Assembly (NCBI GenBank): GCA_001871445.1 | Contig: MNVD01000025.1 | Coordinates: 8,808-72,807, forward strand | DNA length: 64,000 bases | Source of the DNA: Candidatus Magasanikbacteria bacterium CG1_02_41_34 | GTDB lineage: Bacteria > Patescibacteriota > Patescibacteriia > Magasanikbacterales > UBA922 | Direction: 5' to 3' | Shown here: one piece after another, positions 61,359-64,000 of the stretch | Numbering within the stretch: position 1 is the stretch's first letter | Layout: every line of letters starts with the position of its first letter | The notes under the pieces: model-generated | The model's database searches: none | Told to the model about the DNA's origin: nothing | Seen by the model: the letters and a program-made list of their open reading frames with translations, nothing else | Translations under genes and position numbers: made by a program

Positions 61359-62483
61359 ATGGAGCACGCTCTCGTTATATTTCTTAGTGCCCTCCTTATC
61401 GCAACATTCGCTGCGATGTTTTTTCTGTACAAAAAACTGCATGATGCTGCACAACCTCAAAATCGTGATGAAGACAAACAACTGTTCATGATGCTCCAAC
61501 AACAAATTCAAGAACTGAATAAAACAGTGGATCAAAAATTGTCAGAGACACACAAAGTCATGAATGACTCACAACTTAATCTCAATAAAACAATTCAAGA
61601 TCAATTTGGACAAAACACAAAAATCATGCAAGGAATCACAGGACAAAGTACGAAGATGATCGCAGATATTACAGAAAAACTCACAACGCTCGACAAAACA
61701 AATCAGCAAGTGATCGGATTTTCAGAGCAACTTGGCAACCTCGAAAAAGTGTTAACAAATCAAAAGAAGCGAGGAAACCTTGGGGAAGCAGGCTTGCAAC
61801 TTGTGCTGGAAAATATTTTACCTCCAACAGCATTTCAACTTCAATATAATTTCCCTGATGGAGATATTGTTGATGCCATTATTTTTACCAAAGAAGGAAA
61901 TATTTGTATCGATGCAAAGTTTTCTCTGGATAATTATCAACGCATTCTTGACTGTATTGATGACAAACAAAAAGAACAACTGGAAAAAGAATTCAAAAAT
62001 GATTTGAAAAAACGAATAGACGAAACCAGTAAATACATAAAACCAAAAGAAAACACCCTCGACTTTGCTTTCATGTTTATTCCGTCAGAAGCAATTTATT
62101 ATGATTTGCTCGTGAATGAAGTGGGGGCAGTAAAAGTAAATACACGAAATTTGATTGATTACGCTTTCAGAGAAAAAAAAGTAATTATTGTATCGCCAAC
62201 AACATTTGCAGCGTATTTGCAAACAGTATTGCAGGGACTCCGCGCACTGAACATTGAAGAAGGAGCAAAAGAAATACGAAAGAATGTAGAGAAACTTGGG
62301 AAACATATTCTTGCGTATGAAGACTACATGAAAAAGTTGGGGAACAGTATGACAACGACAGTGAACCATTACAATACGGCGTATAAAGAACTAGGCAAAG
62401 TCGAAAAAGATGTGGTAAAAATTACAGACGGAGAACAAGAAATGGAGCCGTTGCTTCTCGAAAAACCCAAAATGGAAGAATAA
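61359..62483 (+). CDS. rmuC: DNA recombination protein RmuC
   Basis: RGNLGE, IDAKF, FAFMFIPSEA, VSPTT. Confidence 0.93.
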   Translation: MEHALVIFLSALLIATFAAMFFLYKKLHDAAQPQNRDEDKQLFMMLQQQIQELNKTVDQKLSETHKVMNDSQLNLNKTIQDQFGQNTKIMQGITGQSTKMIADITEKLTTLDKTNQQVIGFSEQLGNLEKVLTNQKKRGNLGEAGLQLVLENILPPTAFQLQYNFPDGDIVDAIIFTKEGNICIDAKFSLDNYQRILDCIDDKQKEQLEKEFKNDLKKRIDETSKYIKPKENTLDFAFMFIPSEAIYYDLLVNEVGAVKVNTRNLIDYAFREKKVIIVSPTTFAAYLQTVLQGLRALNIEEGAKEIRKNVEKLGKHILAYEDYMKKLGNSMTTTVNHYNTAYKELGKVEKDVVKITDGEQEMEPLLLEKPKMEE

Positions 62484-62502
62484 TAAGATTTTCTTTCACA
62501 TA

Positions 62503-62531
62503 TTGACAAAAATACTTTTTTCGCTTACTGT
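62503..62531 (+). promoter_or_regulatory. sigma70 promoter
   Basis: TTGACA-17-TACTGT. Confidence 0.65.
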
Positions 62532-62713
62532 GTTTTCCAGTGGGCAAAGACAAGCCACCACAATGGTGGTTTTTTCTTACTCATGCTCGTGTATCAAAAA
62601 ATTTATATATGGGCAGGAGGAAGAATATATCTGTGTTTGAGTGCGTACAGAGTATCGGTGTTCTCGATATTATGTACGCACTCAAACCACAACCAAGCAA
62701 CAGGAGACTCGTC

Positions 62714-63331
62714 ATGAGAACTCAAGAAGAACTGCAACGACTCACACACGAAGTGCTCGGCGATGACTACTCCGTGTACTTCGTCTCGAAGTACACCCTG
62801 ACCGAGGACATCGAGGCCGGCACGGCCTGGATCGTCTGCCAGCTCGCACAGGTCGGCAAGAACCCGCTCTTCGCCGTCGAGGGCAAGGGCGTCGGCTTCA
62901 TCGACGCACTGTTCAATGGCCTCAAGCAAGGGCTCGTCGGGGAATACCCGTCGCTCGGACACATCCACTTTGTCGACTTCGTCGTCAGCGGCAACTTCCC
63001 GAAGGCCTCGCACTACAACAGCTCACACAGCGAGGTTCCGAGCACGGTGCGTCTCGTCATCAAGAACGACACCGGCCGCGAGTTCACCTTCGAGCACACG
63101 TCGACGTCGATCTCGGGCAGCTCGGTCGCCGCTGTCGTCCAGGGCGTTCAGCACTTCGTAAACGCCGAGATGGCGGTGCTCAGGGTCGTCAGCTGGATCG
63201 ACTACCACCAGAAGGACGGACGCCCAGACCTCGTCGAGAAATACACCCACGACAAGCTCGTTCCACTCAACCAAAACTCGAGCTACAGCGAGACGGTCGA
63301 GCGTGCGAGGCAGAACGCTAGGATCGCATGA
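62714..63331 (+). CDS. GC-rich protein resembling a stand-alone LeuA regulatory-domain fold
   Basis: AGGAG SD before MRTQEE; EGKGVGFIDALFNGL resembles G.G.GPVDAL..AL. Confidence 0.7.
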   Translation: MRTQEELQRLTHEVLGDDYSVYFVSKYTLTEDIEAGTAWIVCQLAQVGKNPLFAVEGKGVGFIDALFNGLKQGLVGEYPSLGHIHFVDFVVSGNFPKASHYNSSHSEVPSTVRLVIKNDTGREFTFEHTSTSISGSSVAAVVQGVQHFVNAEMAVLRVVSWIDYHQKDGRPDLVEKYTHDKLVPLNQNSSYSETVERARQNARIA

Positions 63332-63346
63332 CTTCGCCATGACGAC

Positions 63347-63393
63347 AGAGACTCTACACGTCGGTACCTCTCGGTGCTGACGTGTAGATCTCT
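63347..63393 (+). terminator. long 3' hairpin
   Basis: tctacacgtcggtacc-tctc-ggtgctgacgtgtaga, 16 bp with two G-U pairs on the sense strand. Confidence 0.6.
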
Positions 63394-63483
63394 ACACAAT
63401 TTATTATCAAATTCTCATATCACACTCGTGATATTTTTTTATGCTATACTATTTTTATTATTTTTCTTCATAATAAAGGAGGT

Positions 63484-64000
63484 ATGTTTACAAAAATACA
63501 TTCAGCAGCAGTACTCGGACTCGATTGTACACCTATTACTGTCGAAGTCGACATCTCTGGCTCATGGCCTGGCTACAATATTGTAGGTCTTCCAGACACC
63601 GCAATTCAAGAAGCAAAAGAACGTATCAGAACTGCATGGAAAAATACTGGTCTACAATTTCCAAACAACGGAAGAATTGTCATTAATCTCGCACCAGCAG
63701 ATGTCAGAAAAGAAGGAAGCATGTATGATCTCCCAATGGCAGTTGGCATGTACGTAGCAACAGAAAAGCGAGATGATATTGATTTATCAAAAGCACTGTT
63801 TGTCGGCGAGCTCGCACTCGACGGGTCGCTTCGTCATACCAATGGCATGTTGCCACTTGCTATTTTTGCTCGTGACCACGGCTATACAGATCTGTTTGTT
63901 CCTGCTATCAATGCACATGAAGCAAGCTTGATTCAAGACATCAATATTTTTCCTGTAGAAACATTTGGGCAAGTATTGGCACATATTACAGGAAAACAAT
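63484..64000 (+). CDS. comM: YifB/ComM Mg-chelatase-like ATPase, runs off the right edge
   Basis: Manual translation MFTKIHSAAVLGLD...VEVD...IVGLPD.AIQEAKERIR...INLAPAD.RKEG..YDLP. Confidence 0.93.
   Translation, partial: MFTKIHSAAVLGLDCTPITVEVDISGSWPGYNIVGLPDTAIQEAKERIRTAWKNTGLQFPNNGRIVINLAPADVRKEGSMYDLPMAVGMYVATEKRDDIDLSKALFVGELALDGSLRHTNGMLPLAIFARDHGYTDLFVPAINAHEASLIQDINIFPVETFGQVLAHITGKQ

Noticed and set aside
1-64000. Diversity-generating retroelement or retron as the source of the GC-rich units
   Set aside because: No reverse transcriptase and no template/variable repeat pair differing at adenines seen in this window.

Overview
AT-rich bacterial chromosome segment, most consistent with a Patescibacteria/CPR genome. 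This is inferred from the gene set, the mostly SD-less AT-rich start contexts, rpoBC unlinked from rplL, two TrmB paralogues, the pil cluster and the palindromic repeats. The backbone is ordinary: riboflavin synthase, pnp, rpsO, ruvC, yebC, rpoBC, ftsK-rodZ-recA, SpoIID, flippase/GT2/O-antigen ligase, rpsF-ssb-rpsR, pilBCMNO, ychF, rmuC, comM, tRNA-Ser(CGA), tRNA-Arg(CCT) and parS-like sites near 59.3-59.55 kb. The notable signal is about eight sharply bounded GC-rich single-gene units (1283-2842, 3139-4971, 5454-5972, 14457-15182, 24892-26106, 47290-47585, 60470-61063, 62714-63331) with no integrase or transposase. Nearly all have a strong Shine-Dalgarno and structured UTRs, several have AT-rich sigma70-type promoters, and two encode products typical of diderm envelopes (a beta-barrel and a lipoprotein). 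In the 1-6 kb cluster, two genes share a ~110-nt covarying multi-hairpin element. Two share an H-type pseudoknot followed by a 21-nt boxA-like motif exactly 67 nt past the stop codon. All calls are by eye, without database searches.
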